Below, in pieces: positions 43,647 to 52,251 of a stretch of 64,000 bases of DNA (within the stretch, counting starts at the first letter, position 1; each line of letters opens with the position of its first letter). The DNA lies in NCBI GenBank assembly GCA_041742395.1, contig JBGSIS010000010.1, positions 724 through 64,723 on the forward strand. Direction: 5' to 3'. The notes below the pieces were generated by a model that was not told the origin of the DNA, searched no databases, and was given only the letters and a program-made list of their open reading frames with translations. Source of the DNA: Candidatus Saccharimonadales bacterium. GTDB lineage: Bacteria > Patescibacteriota > Saccharimonadia > Saccharimonadales > JACQNP01. The position numbers and the translations under genes were made by a program.

Positions 43647-45752
43647 ATGAGTGAAAAGTTGTTTGTTAGAGAAGATATTGGTAGTGGTGAACCAATTGTA
43701 TTACTGCATGGCATGTTTGGTGATGGTACACAGTGGAAAAAGATTGCCGCCAAATTAAGTGATCAATATAGAGTAATTGTAGTTGATCTATTAGGTCATG
43801 GTCAGTCCCCTAGACCAGAAGACTGTGAATATACGCCTGACGATCACGTAAAGGCCCTAAGATCTACTTTAGAAAGCTTGAGTGCGACTGATAATTTAAC
43901 TGTTGTTGGCTACTCAATGGGGGGTTCTGTTGCTCTGTCGTACTGTGCAAGCTTTCCTAGTAAACAGTTATTCTTAATTTCTACACCTTTTTACTTGAAT
44001 ACAAATCAAATGATATTAGCTAATTTTGCTCCATCTGTAACTATTACTAAAATATCTACTTTCCTTTTTAAACAAGTTGAAGTCTCTTTAAATAATGAGG
44101 GGGTGGTAAATAGGGCTGTTAGATATGGCGACAAATCTAAAAAGTTTCACAAAATGATTGGTGCTAATGACAACAAACTAGATGCAGAGATAATTAGAAA
44201 GAATCTTAAGCAGCTAGTTAGAGAGTTTAACTTCGCTAAATATTTATCTAAAATAAAGACTCCGACTACATTTTATGCCGGTAAAAAAGATTTGTTTATA
44301 GTTCAGGGACAGCTCTATGCGCTTAAGAAGTTCAACCCTTATATGGATATACAAAGGCTAGAAGTCATTAAAGTAGATCACATGCTAGTGCAGAATCTAC
44401 CAAAAGAAATTTCTTCGCTTTTATCTATTAATAAAGAAGACAAACTAAATATTAATAATGATTCTGGTAGTGGCGTTCCACTTATTTTGCTGCACGGAAT
44501 TGAGAGCTCTTCAAATTATTGGCATAATCTAATCCCTGCTCTTAAAGAAAATCACAGGGTTATTACTATTGATTTACTAGGTTTTGGAAATTCACCTAAA
44601 CCGCAGAATATTGCCTATAGTATTGATGATCATATTCAGTGGCTTGATAGAACTATAAAAAGTTTGGGACTAAAAGAGTTTATTTTAGCAGGACACTCTC
44701 TGGGAAGTATAATTTCGCTTGCCTATGCTGCTAAACACCCCAGTAAAGTAAATGAACTATTTCTTTTCTCTCCAGTGTTAATTGGTTATCAGGCTAAATC
44801 TTCTAGGAAAGTAATTGGTGGGCTTAGTTTACTGAGAGGTCTAAACGATACTAGTTATATCCAAGCTCAGCTTTCTCAGAATATTGGTGACAAGAATATG
44901 ACGATGTTCTTACCGACTCTACGTACGATTGAAAACACTATAAATAAACAGGATCATATAAAAATAAAAGATAATGCTTCTGATATACCTGTGCATTTTT
45001 ATTATGGAAGTGCTGATCAGCTAATAGACAGGCAGTATATAGAATCGGTCGCCAGTGAGTTTAAAGTCAGTGATATTCACGAACTAAAAGATAGAAACCA
45101 CAACTTCTTATTATTTAGTCCAGAAATTGTAGTTGATGCTATAGACAAAGGCTATAAACCTAAATCTGAGATATCTAAGTTCTCTGTTTTGCCTCCAAAT
45201 TTTCGAAAACACATTACTAACTTGGCAGTACCTAGGGTTTTTCTTAAATCTATCAGCCTATTTTGTATCGCAATTTTGTTATTTACAGATTATGCACCTG
45301 CCGTATTAGTTTTATTCTTGTCGGTTTATGTATTGGTTAATGGCTATAAAACTATCAAGGGAGCGTTTTCATTAAAAAACGAAGAACTCTCTTATCTGGG
45401 TTATTTGTTTTTAGGTATAGTTTCGTACATTATAGCAATAGGACTTATAAAACGGCCGGAATTTAGTTTGAGGGTCGCTGTAATTTTAATTTGCTCTGGA
45501 GTGTTAGTCGGTGGAATTAATAGGGTAATAGTTGCCCGCTTTTGGACTGAAAGCTCAAAGATTAAGAAGTTACTATATTATAGTGGTTGGCCAATGATTG
45601 TATTAGGTCTATTGGCGATTTTTGGAATAACTAAAAGCGTCTACATAATTGTCTATACTTTTGCGATATACCTAATAATAAAAAGTATTAAATTCTTCTG
45701 GATAGGACTAGCCGGCCTAATAATGGCTTACATCAGAGGCTTTATAAGATAA
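43647..45752 (+). CDS. Tandem double alpha/beta-hydrolase fused to a C-terminal multi-TM (DUF308/HdeD-like) domain
   Basis: 701 aa. Module 1 has LLHGMFGDG and GYSMGG. Module 2 has LLHGIESSS and GHSLGS. The last ~170 aa contain about 5 TM helices. Confidence 0.75.
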   Translation: MSEKLFVREDIGSGEPIVLLHGMFGDGTQWKKIAAKLSDQYRVIVVDLLGHGQSPRPEDCEYTPDDHVKALRSTLESLSATDNLTVVGYSMGGSVALSYCASFPSKQLFLISTPFYLNTNQMILANFAPSVTITKISTFLFKQVEVSLNNEGVVNRAVRYGDKSKKFHKMIGANDNKLDAEIIRKNLKQLVREFNFAKYLSKIKTPTTFYAGKKDLFIVQGQLYALKKFNPYMDIQRLEVIKVDHMLVQNLPKEISSLLSINKEDKLNINNDSGSGVPLILLHGIESSSNYWHNLIPALKENHRVITIDLLGFGNSPKPQNIAYSIDDHIQWLDRTIKSLGLKEFILAGHSLGSIISLAYAAKHPSKVNELFLFSPVLIGYQAKSSRKVIGGLSLLRGLNDTSYIQAQLSQNIGDKNMTMFLPTLRTIENTINKQDHIKIKDNASDIPVHFYYGSADQLIDRQYIESVASEFKVSDIHELKDRNHNFLLFSPEIVVDAIDKGYKPKSEISKFSVLPPNFRKHITNLAVPRVFLKSISLFCIAILLFTDYAPAVLVLFLSVYVLVNGYKTIKGAFSLKNEELSYLGYLFLGIVSYIIAIGLIKRPEFSLRVAVILICSGVLVGGINRVIVARFWTESSKIKKLLYYSGWPMIVLGLLAIFGITKSVYIIVYTFAIYLIIKSIKFFWIGLAGLIMAYIRGFIR

Positions 45753-45756
45753 TATT

Positions 45757-45966
45757 CTACTTGCCTCTTCCTTGATCAAGAGTAGTTCGAGGACTGAAAT
45801 AGGCGTGTGGATTGATATGGAAATTAAGGTCGGCGTTAGTTGTTAGTCTATCTTTTCGTGTTTTTATAATTGCTTGTTTGGTCTGAAACTTGATACTTCT
45901 GGCATAATCTATGGGATGAGTTTTTTGTGATATTTTAGATTTGTTAGCTTTCATAATACCCTCCAT
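45757..45966 (-). CDS. Hypothetical small basic protein
   Basis: 69-aa ORF with no recognisable motif. Coding status uncertain. Confidence 0.3.
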   Translation of the reverse strand: MEGIMKANKSKISQKTHPIDYARSIKFQTKQAIIKTRKDRLTTNADLNFHINPHAYFSPRTTLDQGRGK

Positions 45967-46002
45967 TTAGTACTTATTATTATACTCTCTTTGGCAAATT
46001 AT

Positions 46003-46320
46003 TTAGGCAATTTGCGTCAAGCTAACGGGTCTAGAATATTGAATAATTTCAATTAGTTGCCCGTTACTATCGTCGATAATATCAACAAGTCCTAGAATTG
46101 TAGTGTTGGGAATCATTACTACTTCCCTGTTAATTTCATGGCAAAGGTTAACATACATTTTTATTCCAGATAATGCTAATTGACTAAGCTGATTTTGGGG
46201 GTCAATATGTGTCTCAGCTTCAGCTATTAGATTATCGATAAATTCTAACCTATAGGTCATGCCATCTGGTTCGGCGTGCTCAAAAGTTTGTCTGAGCTTT
46301 TCACTATTAAATTCTTGCAT
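46003..46320 (-). CDS. Hypothetical protein
   Basis: 105-aa ORF, divergent from the cyclase gene. No motif recognised. Confidence 0.4.
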   Translation of the reverse strand: MQEFNSEKLRQTFEHAEPDGMTYRLEFIDNLIAEAETHIDPQNQLSQLALSGIKMYVNLCHEINREVVMIPNTTILGLVDIIDDSNGQLIEIIQYSRPVSLTQIA

Positions 46321-46384
46321 TTTTGTTTTTGTTATTTACATTTGTGATTTTATCATAGCATAAGCATGTTGTCAAGATAACAAT

Positions 46385-47011
46385 GTGAATATCTACTGGA
46401 AAATATATACTTATAAGGTGGATATATTTCGAAATAAAAAAGCAAAAGTAGTTGATGACTTTTTGCACGACAATGTACATCAACCTCAGGCGCCCTACTT
46501 GCGTGATTACCCTACATCTAAGCGAACTTTTGCATTCGTAGATGTCTCTAACTACACCGAATACACTCAAAAGCACGGCGCTCATGCTGCTGCGCAGATG
46601 CTCCATAAATTTAGGAATGCTGTTCGAATTGTGGTTGGCCGTCATGGGGTAAGGGTTGCTAAATGGCTTGGAGATGGAGTTATGTTGGTTGGAGTATCGA
46701 CTCGTCCTGTATTTGATGCAGTAGCCGATCTTAATAAGTTATTTATAAACCAAGAATTTACCATTCACTCTGGTATTGCTAGAGGTGAAATAATAATTTT
46801 TGAGGGTGATGACTACGTAGGTTCTGCAGTTAATATTGCTTCTAGACTTTGCGATTATGCCAGGCCATCGGAGATTTTAGCATTCGATATTAAACGAACC
46901 GAATTACCCCAAAATGTTAAGCTCGAAAAACTAGGAAGTAGCGTTGCAGTTCGTGGTATTGGTGAGCTATCTAAAGTTTATTCACTACATATAGATACAA
47001 AGTCTAAATAA
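46385..47011 (+). CDS. Stand-alone class III adenylate/guanylate cyclase catalytic domain
   Basis: 208 aa. Metal Asp motifs FAFVDVSNYT and AKWLGDGVML. Transition-state Asn/Arg in GSAVNIASRL. Start codon uncertain (GTG at 46385 from the track; no clear SD). Confidence 0.8.
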   Translation: MNIYWKIYTYKVDIFRNKKAKVVDDFLHDNVHQPQAPYLRDYPTSKRTFAFVDVSNYTEYTQKHGAHAAAQMLHKFRNAVRIVVGRHGVRVAKWLGDGVMLVGVSTRPVFDAVADLNKLFINQEFTIHSGIARGEIIIFEGDDYVGSAVNIASRLCDYARPSEILAFDIKRTELPQNVKLEKLGSSVAVRGIGELSKVYSLHIDTKSK

Positions 47012-47282
47012 CTATTCCGTAAAAACTTTCCAGTAATTTATATACAATATATGCTGGCCACACTAAGGCCTTTAAAAAACCTGTAACTACGGCGCCGAAA
47101 CCAACGGCGGCTTGCATCCAGTAAACTAATGCACCGACAAAACCTACAAAATATAGAGCTCCACTAGTTCCATGGGCTGAAGCATTTGATTTGTTATTTT
47201 TGTTAGACCATTCTTTCCAGTCTTCGGTCCCTTTTATTTTTGCCTTAATTTCTATTTCTGGATCGTTTGATTTCTTAACCAT
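47004..47282 (-). CDS. Small 2-TM membrane protein
   Basis: 92 aa. Charged N-terminus, then GALYFVGFVGALVYWMQAAVGFGAVVTGFLKALVWPAYIVY. Confidence 0.45.
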   Translation of the reverse strand: MVKKSNDPEIEIKAKIKGTEDWKEWSNKNNKSNASAHGTSGALYFVGFVGALVYWMQAAVGFGAVVTGFLKALVWPAYIVYKLLESFYGIVI

Positions 47283-47356
47283 GACTATCTCCTATTTATA
47301 TTTATATTTTATCACTTTAGTAAATATTTTATCTAATCTAAGATAATAACTTTATA

Positions 47357-48109
47357 TTATAATTCTGGAAAAGTCCGTTGTATTAGAGATGTTTTGTCGA
47401 CGTATTTTTTAAATTCAGCAGGGATATGATCTGAATAAATAGTATAATCATTGTTTTTTAGAAGTCTTTTATACTCCTTAGAGAGCATTAGCTGGTCTTT
47501 TTTCTTATGATTATATCTTCTAGCAATTTTATTTCCAGTAATTGCTCCAATAATACTTCCGACAAGTAGTCCGAAATGTCCCCATTCCGTTGTAGTGTCT
47601 TTACTTTCTGCTTGGCTTTCTAAATTTGCTAAGTAGTCTTGATTTTCAAACTTATTTTCCTCTTCGTCTAATACGACGGTTATTGCTGAATTTAAACTGC
47701 GAATATTTTGTCTAATATTTGTTGCAGAATCTCCACATGGTTGCGAAGGCTCTCTGAGTAGGTCGTTAATAACTAACTCTTCATTTTCCGTAACGAGTGG
47801 TCCACCTACTAAATATAGTTTCATCTGAGTAGAGCATGCTTCACCCAAATCTTTTGAAACTCTCAAAAAATTTTTATTGGCTTCGTCTAGGTCCCCTGAT
47901 TTTTGATTAATCCGATTAGTTTCTTCAGATAGTTTTTCAACTTCCATAGAATCTACGCTAGATCCTACCATCTCGCCTACTTGCATACCACCAAATGCTA
48001 ATACAGCCGTGGCTGCCAAAGTACGAGCTGCGCCCCCTATTAAATAATTTCGCCTTTTATGCTCGACATGCTCCAGTAGCTTATCGTCTGGTACTCTAAC
48101 TTCATCCAT
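47357..48109 (-). CDS. Two-TM Cys-pair ectodomain protein, paralogue P1 (long-tail type)
   Basis: 250 aa. KRRNYLIGG-TM1. Core NKNFLRVSKDLGEAC...VINDLLREPSQPCGDSATNIR. Gly-rich TM2 GLLVGSIIGAITG. Basic ~55-aa tail containing LSKEY. Confidence 0.6.
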   Translation of the reverse strand: MDEVRVPDDKLLEHVEHKRRNYLIGGAARTLAATAVLAFGGMQVGEMVGSSVDSMEVEKLSEETNRINQKSGDLDEANKNFLRVSKDLGEACSTQMKLYLVGGPLVTENEELVINDLLREPSQPCGDSATNIRQNIRSLNSAITVVLDEEENKFENQDYLANLESQAESKDTTTEWGHFGLLVGSIIGAITGNKIARRYNHKKKDQLMLSKEYKRLLKNNDYTIYSDHIPAEFKKYVDKTSLIQRTFPEL

Positions 48110-48119
48110 GTTAAAATTA

Positions 48120-48148
48120 ATAGTACATTAAAAAAGACAAAAAAACAA
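48120..48148 (-). promoter_or_regulatory. Promoter-like element upstream of P1 (copy 1 of a duplicated element)
   Basis: Minus strand: TTGTTT (48148-48143), 17 nt, TACTAT (48125-48120). Only 10 nt separate the -10 box from the ATG, so the transcript would be near-leaderless. 21/23 nt of the spacer plus -35 region are identical to 52210-52232. Confidence 0.45.
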
Positions 48149-48163
48149 ATATATGTAAATATA

Positions 48164-49369
48164 CTAAATTGTATCAAAAACTAAGCTAGCTTCACCAGAT
48201 TCAATATAACCTTCTGAGATATTACAAACGTAAACTGAATCTTGACTTGGTTCGACAGTTAATTTGTCTTTCATCTTACTGTTTGTAGTTATAAGTGTGT
48301 AGTCTCTGTCCTGAATTCCGGAATAAATACCTAGGCGGTTGCAAAGTCCTGGTTGCAATCCTTCTGCCATATCTACTCTTCTGGGTGATTTCCCGGATAG
48401 TTCGTCATTAGTAATCTTAAAATCAGACGCTTCTTTAATTACTTCACTTATGTACTGAATAGGTTGTTCACCAGAACCTGGTTGTAGTGTTTCTGCTCCG
48501 ACAATATCTAATTGTTTTTCCTCGTAAATGGCTTCTTTGTCTGGAGCTGGTGGCTTGTTCATATTGGCCATTATGGCTGTTGCGCTATCGGCAACTATTT
48601 CAACACTAGCTGGTCTAGGCATGGGTGTCTCATAAAACCCTGAGCTTAATCCTGGAATTGGTAGTAAAAGAGCGGCAACGGCAACACGTCCTGGAGCAAT
48701 TTTGCGTTCAAGCCCGTTAGAAGTTTCTTTGGTAAAAACTAGTTTAACAGTATTTCCTGCTTTACATACAGCTTTTCCTATTTTATCTACAGATTTATGA
48801 ACAAACTTTTGTTCTTTTTTGGCTTGTTTTGTAAGTTCGAGCATTTTTTTATTACCGAGATGTTCGTCTTTATAATTAGTTTTAATTAAACTCGAACTAA
48901 TATTGTTTAGTTCACCATATTTAATCATTGCGAACATTGCAGTACTTACAATTTCACCGTAGTCGTCGTCTTTCTTATCTATAAGCTGCTCGTTTAGTAG
49001 ATCTCTTTTAAGTATTACAGAACCATCAGAATTCTGAATCGCAAAAAATCCACCGTGTTCACTTCCGATATCTGTTCTATATAGTTCAAAACAAACTCGT
49101 CCTGTTTCGGTGTCTTGAGTTCTTTTTAGACCCAAACTCCTGAAGTCATCAATGCTAACAACTGGAAGTTCAATCGATTCTGTATTTCCGACAAGTTCGC
49201 CACGTTTTGATTTATCATTTTTTAAGATTAATTCTGAGATATAAGAAAATCCATTAAAAATTCTTAGCGCCGCTTCACCGTGAATGTTGTCGTGTCTTTC
49301 CAGTCCCAATACATCTGGTCCGTTGGGTTCAATTTTTGCTGGTAGTATTGGTTGGCGTTCTAAATTCAT
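48164..49369 (-). CDS. Orphan 401-aa protein of the paralogue array (no signal peptide, no motif recognised)
   Basis: Long ORF starting 2 nt after the P2 stop. One weak hydrophobic stretch (RVAVAALLLPIPGL). Confidence 0.55.
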   Translation of the reverse strand: MNLERQPILPAKIEPNGPDVLGLERHDNIHGEAALRIFNGFSYISELILKNDKSKRGELVGNTESIELPVVSIDDFRSLGLKRTQDTETGRVCFELYRTDIGSEHGGFFAIQNSDGSVILKRDLLNEQLIDKKDDDYGEIVSTAMFAMIKYGELNNISSSLIKTNYKDEHLGNKKMLELTKQAKKEQKFVHKSVDKIGKAVCKAGNTVKLVFTKETSNGLERKIAPGRVAVAALLLPIPGLSSGFYETPMPRPASVEIVADSATAIMANMNKPPAPDKEAIYEEKQLDIVGAETLQPGSGEQPIQYISEVIKEASDFKITNDELSGKSPRRVDMAEGLQPGLCNRLGIYSGIQDRDYTLITTNSKMKDKLTVEPSQDSVYVCNISEGYIESGEASLVFDTI

Positions 49370-49371
49370 AA

Positions 49372-49995
49372 TTAATGTTTTCTAACTGTCGAATATATAG
49401 CCCCATATCCGATAATACCACCAAAAGCGAATGCAAGTCCTCCTACTGCCAGGGTTCCTAATTCGCCGTCAAGTTCATTGTCGCTTTCTCTTTCAAGATT
49501 TCTGGTTAGCTCTGGTATTTCACTTTCATTTTCATTTATGTTATCAATTATTCTTTGTGATTTGTCATATTCTAATGATAGTTTTCGGACGTTCACTCGG
49601 ACATCTATTTGTGTCTCTCCGCAAGGTGTCCCTGGTTCGTTAATTAAGTCACTAACAATGCTGTCTTCTTTAGTTTCCTCTAATACACCACCAGGCATGA
49701 ATACTGCAACTTTACTTGTGCATGCTTCACCCAGTCCTTGTTTTACTCTTAATATGTTCGATTCAGTTTCTTCTTTATCATCACGAAGATTATCGATTAA
49801 TTGTTGTGCCTCTTCCATGTTTTGTTTGGCTTCAGTATAGTGTTCTTCTGAAATATTATTGAAATCTAAATAAGCTGTAGCTGTGATAGTTGCACCGAAT
49901 ACTAAAATGGCAGAATTAATAAATCTCCTAAGTCGTCTATTGTAACGATTATTTGACTCTGCAGTACTAGAGTAGCCTGAAACTTCTTCGCTCAT
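49372..49995 (-). CDS. Two-TM Cys-pair ectodomain protein, paralogue P2 (short-tail type)
   Basis: 207 aa. RRLRRF-TM1. Core ESNILRVKQGLGEAC...IVSDLINEPGTPCGETQIDVR. TM2 LAVGGLAFAFGGIIGYG. Tail STVRKH. Confidence 0.6.
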   Translation of the reverse strand: MSEEVSGYSSTAESNNRYNRRLRRFINSAILVFGATITATAYLDFNNISEEHYTEAKQNMEEAQQLIDNLRDDKEETESNILRVKQGLGEACTSKVAVFMPGGVLEETKEDSIVSDLINEPGTPCGETQIDVRVNVRKLSLEYDKSQRIIDNINENESEIPELTRNLERESDNELDGELGTLAVGGLAFAFGGIIGYGAIYSTVRKH

Positions 49996-50037
49996 ATTAC
50001 GATACGATACATCATAACAGACAAATAAGCAATAATA

Positions 50038-50673
50038 TTATAGAAATTTATATTCATCAATTACAAATAAGTTTTCATCATCAGCTATCTTTCTTGCAAA
50101 TTCATGGTTAATTGCCCCTGATTTTTTGAGCTGTTTCCATTCTTTGGATTCTTTTATTTTTATCTTACTTTTAAATTGATATCGAGCATTAGTTAAAGTG
50201 CCTAATGCTAATCCCAGTAAAGACCCAGCCAAAAAACCTAAATGTAATGATTCTTGACTAAAATCATACGATTCAGATTCTGATTCTTGCTGTTCAATTA
50301 TCTTGTTCAAGCTATTTTGTGAATCTATAGTTGTTGTTTTGGCTTCTTGTAGTCTGCGAAAATCACTCCTGATTTCTGTCGGATTATCTCCGCATGGTTT
50401 ATTTGGATTGTTAATCATGTCTAGTACTACAGAGTCTTCATTGCTTTCTAGATCAGACTCAGGTAGATATTTCTTGAAGAGTACTATGCACGATTCACCG
50501 ATTTGTGTCTCTACTCTAAGTAAGTTTTTTTGACTTTCCTCGACATTATTTTCCCAGGCATTTATATCTTGAGCTTGGATCTCATCTATGTTAGTGTCTG
50601 AATTTTCTATAATTATACCAATCCCAAACATAGTTAATGTCATACCGGCAGTCATTGCTACAAATGCGCCCAA
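50038..50673 (-). CDS. Two-TM Cys-pair ectodomain protein, paralogue P3 (long-tail type; N-terminus probably longer than the TTG-start ORF)
   Basis: 211 aa from TTG at 50673. Core QKNLLRVETQIGESC...VVLDMINNPNKPCGDNPTEIR. TM2 GFLAGSLLGLALG. The frame is open up to 50790 and encodes ELIEHFENKRREYQKGG, which is homologous to the N-termini of P1 and P4. Confidence 0.55.
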   Translation of the reverse strand: MGAFVAMTAGMTLTMFGIGIIIENSDTNIDEIQAQDINAWENNVEESQKNLLRVETQIGESCIVLFKKYLPESDLESNEDSVVLDMINNPNKPCGDNPTEIRSDFRRLQEAKTTTIDSQNSLNKIIEQQESESESYDFSQESLHLGFLAGSLLGLALGTLTNARYQFKSKIKIKESKEWKQLKKSGAINHEFARKIADDENLFVIDEYKFL

Positions 50674-50764
50674 ACCCCTTAATCTTCCGCCTTTTTGGTA
50701 TTCACGGCGCTTGTTTTCGAAGTGCTCAATCAGCTCCTGGTTGCTTGTTTCGGTATCTTGTTCT

Positions 50765-51559
50765 TTAGATTTTATATTTGTTCCTATACTCTACTTCTAC
50801 TTCATAACGTTCTCTATTGTCATTAGCTAGATCTGTCATAAGATTTTGATTGTACTCCTTAGATAGTCTATATTCCATCCATTGCCGGGATTCTCTTATT
50901 TCTCTTTTTCTTCTGCGAGTATATGTGTCAGCCCGGTCGGCACCCAACATTATTCCAGCTATTCCACCAGCAACTAACCCAAGTTTATTCCACCAAGGGA
51001 AAGTCATTTTGGAATTTGCCGTAGCTTCTAAACTTTCTAGGTAATCAACGTCACGGTTCTCGGCTTGTATTAACTCTTCTTTTTCTAGAGATATTGCGCT
51101 ATAAGTAGAGACAATTTTCTGATAATTTTGTCTAATTTGTGTCGGTACTTCTCCGCATGGTTTGCTAGGGTTTCCTAGTATGTCATTTACAACAGTATCT
51201 TCTTCGCCTTGTATCTGAAATACGTACAAATTCATTTGGCTTACACAAGCTTCGCCTATTTCTTGTGACACTCTATCCAAATTCTTATTTGCTTCGTCTA
51301 AGTCACCTGATTGTCTTGTCACTTCTTCTTCCCTGATTTGTTCAACGCGATCTGTTTCTTTTTCGAACTGGTTCACCTCGTTGTTATCTATAAAATTTCC
51401 GACAAGACTTCCGGCTATAAATCCACCATAAGCCATAATCCCAGTTGCAGCAATCGCTCGAATTCCCCCGCCAATTAAATAATTCCGCCGTTGCTTTAAC
51501 CATGGTTCGGCTGCATTCTGTCTGTCTTGTTCTGTTGGCATATTATTTATATCTTGCAT
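50765..51559 (-). CDS. Two-TM Cys-pair ectodomain protein, paralogue P4 (long-tail type)
   Basis: 264 aa. QRRNYLIGG-TM1. Core NKNLDRVSQEIGEAC...VVNDILGNPSKPCGEVPTQIR. TM2 GLVAGGIAGIMLG. Basic tail containing LSKEY. The start abuts the P5 stop. Confidence 0.6.
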   Translation of the reverse strand: MQDINNMPTEQDRQNAAEPWLKQRRNYLIGGGIRAIAATGIMAYGGFIAGSLVGNFIDNNEVNQFEKETDRVEQIREEEVTRQSGDLDEANKNLDRVSQEIGEACVSQMNLYVFQIQGEEDTVVNDILGNPSKPCGEVPTQIRQNYQKIVSTYSAISLEKEELIQAENRDVDYLESLEATANSKMTFPWWNKLGLVAGGIAGIMLGADRADTYTRRRKREIRESRQWMEYRLSKEYNQNLMTDLANDNRERYEVEVEYRNKYKI

Positions 51560-52174
51560 CTATTTCATTCTACTTTTTGGTGAAAATTTGTATGTTTCTG
51601 CCCACATAACTCCGAAAAAAATACTTACACCAGTAAACGCCACTGTAGATAATCCAGCTATAGTATATTCTCCTGCGTTAGAATGCTCTTCTGCTTTCTG
51701 AAGTGGACTAATTTGCGCTTCTGATTCATCGACATTTTGGGAGGCTTCTATTTCGCTTTGATAGGCGTTTAGTAGTGGCTTAGCAATTTGTCTAACTTCT
51801 TTTCGTGTAGTACCACAAGGAAGATTAGCTTCAGTTAGCATGTCGTCTACTACTGTGTTTTCATCGCTACTCGATAGAGTGCCGCCGGGCAAATAGTCAC
51901 TAAGACTAGACAAACAACCACCGCCAACATTCTGTTTTATTCTGACTAGGTTTTTTACTGCCTCTTCGTGTTGGTCTTGATTTTCATTGAGTTCCACCTG
52001 TCCGTCTCTCAGATTATTAATCTCATCTTGGTCGTGCTTGTTAATTATGGCATTACCAAAAAACACTGAAGTAGAAAAGCCAATAAAACCCGCACCTGCA
52101 ATACGCATTTTCATACTACGGGAAACATTCTTGTTCCTTTTTTTCTCAATATTAATTTGTTCCGGTGTTTTCAA
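51560..52174 (-). CDS. Two-TM Cys-pair ectodomain protein, paralogue P5 (short-tail type)
   Basis: 204 aa. TTG start with SD AGGAG 6 nt upstream. TM1 IAGAGFIGFSTSVFFG. Core VKNLVRIKQNVGGGC...VVDDMLTEANLPCGTTRKEVR. TM2 IAGLSTVAFTGVSIFFGV. Confidence 0.6.
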   Translation of the reverse strand: MKTPEQINIEKKRNKNVSRSMKMRIAGAGFIGFSTSVFFGNAIINKHDQDEINNLRDGQVELNENQDQHEEAVKNLVRIKQNVGGGCLSSLSDYLPGGTLSSSDENTVVDDMLTEANLPCGTTRKEVRQIAKPLLNAYQSEIEASQNVDESEAQISPLQKAEEHSNAGEYTIAGLSTVAFTGVSIFFGVMWAETYKFSPKSRMK

Positions 52175-52203
52175 CTACAGCTCCTAATATAAGTAATGAA
52201 AAA

Positions 52204-52232
52204 ACTATACACTAAGAAAGACAAAAAAACAA
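52204..52232 (-). promoter_or_regulatory. Promoter-like element upstream of P5 (copy 2 of the duplicated element)
   Basis: Minus strand: TTGTTT (52232-52227), 17 nt, TATAGT (52209-52204). Shares TTGTTTTTTTGTCTTT with the P1 upstream element. Confidence 0.45.
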
Positions 52233-52251
52233 AATACTTCTAGAATATATA

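Noticed and set aside
46307-46645. 112-aa minus-strand ORF spanning the divergent promoter region and the 5' part of the cyclase gene.
   Set aside because: It overlaps both the 105-aa gene and the cyclase catalytic motifs. Its translation is low-complexity, so it is most likely spurious.
45757-47282. Interpreting the cyclase with its small neighbours as a Pycsar/CBASS-type anti-phage system, or the 105-aa and 69-aa genes as a toxin-antitoxin pair.
   Set aside because: There is no cNMP-binding, TIR, or TM-effector-with-receptor-domain gene in operon with the cyclase, and the neighbours are on the opposite strand. The two small genes do not overlap and show no known TA motifs. The evidence is insufficient, and the cyclase is kept only as an open question.
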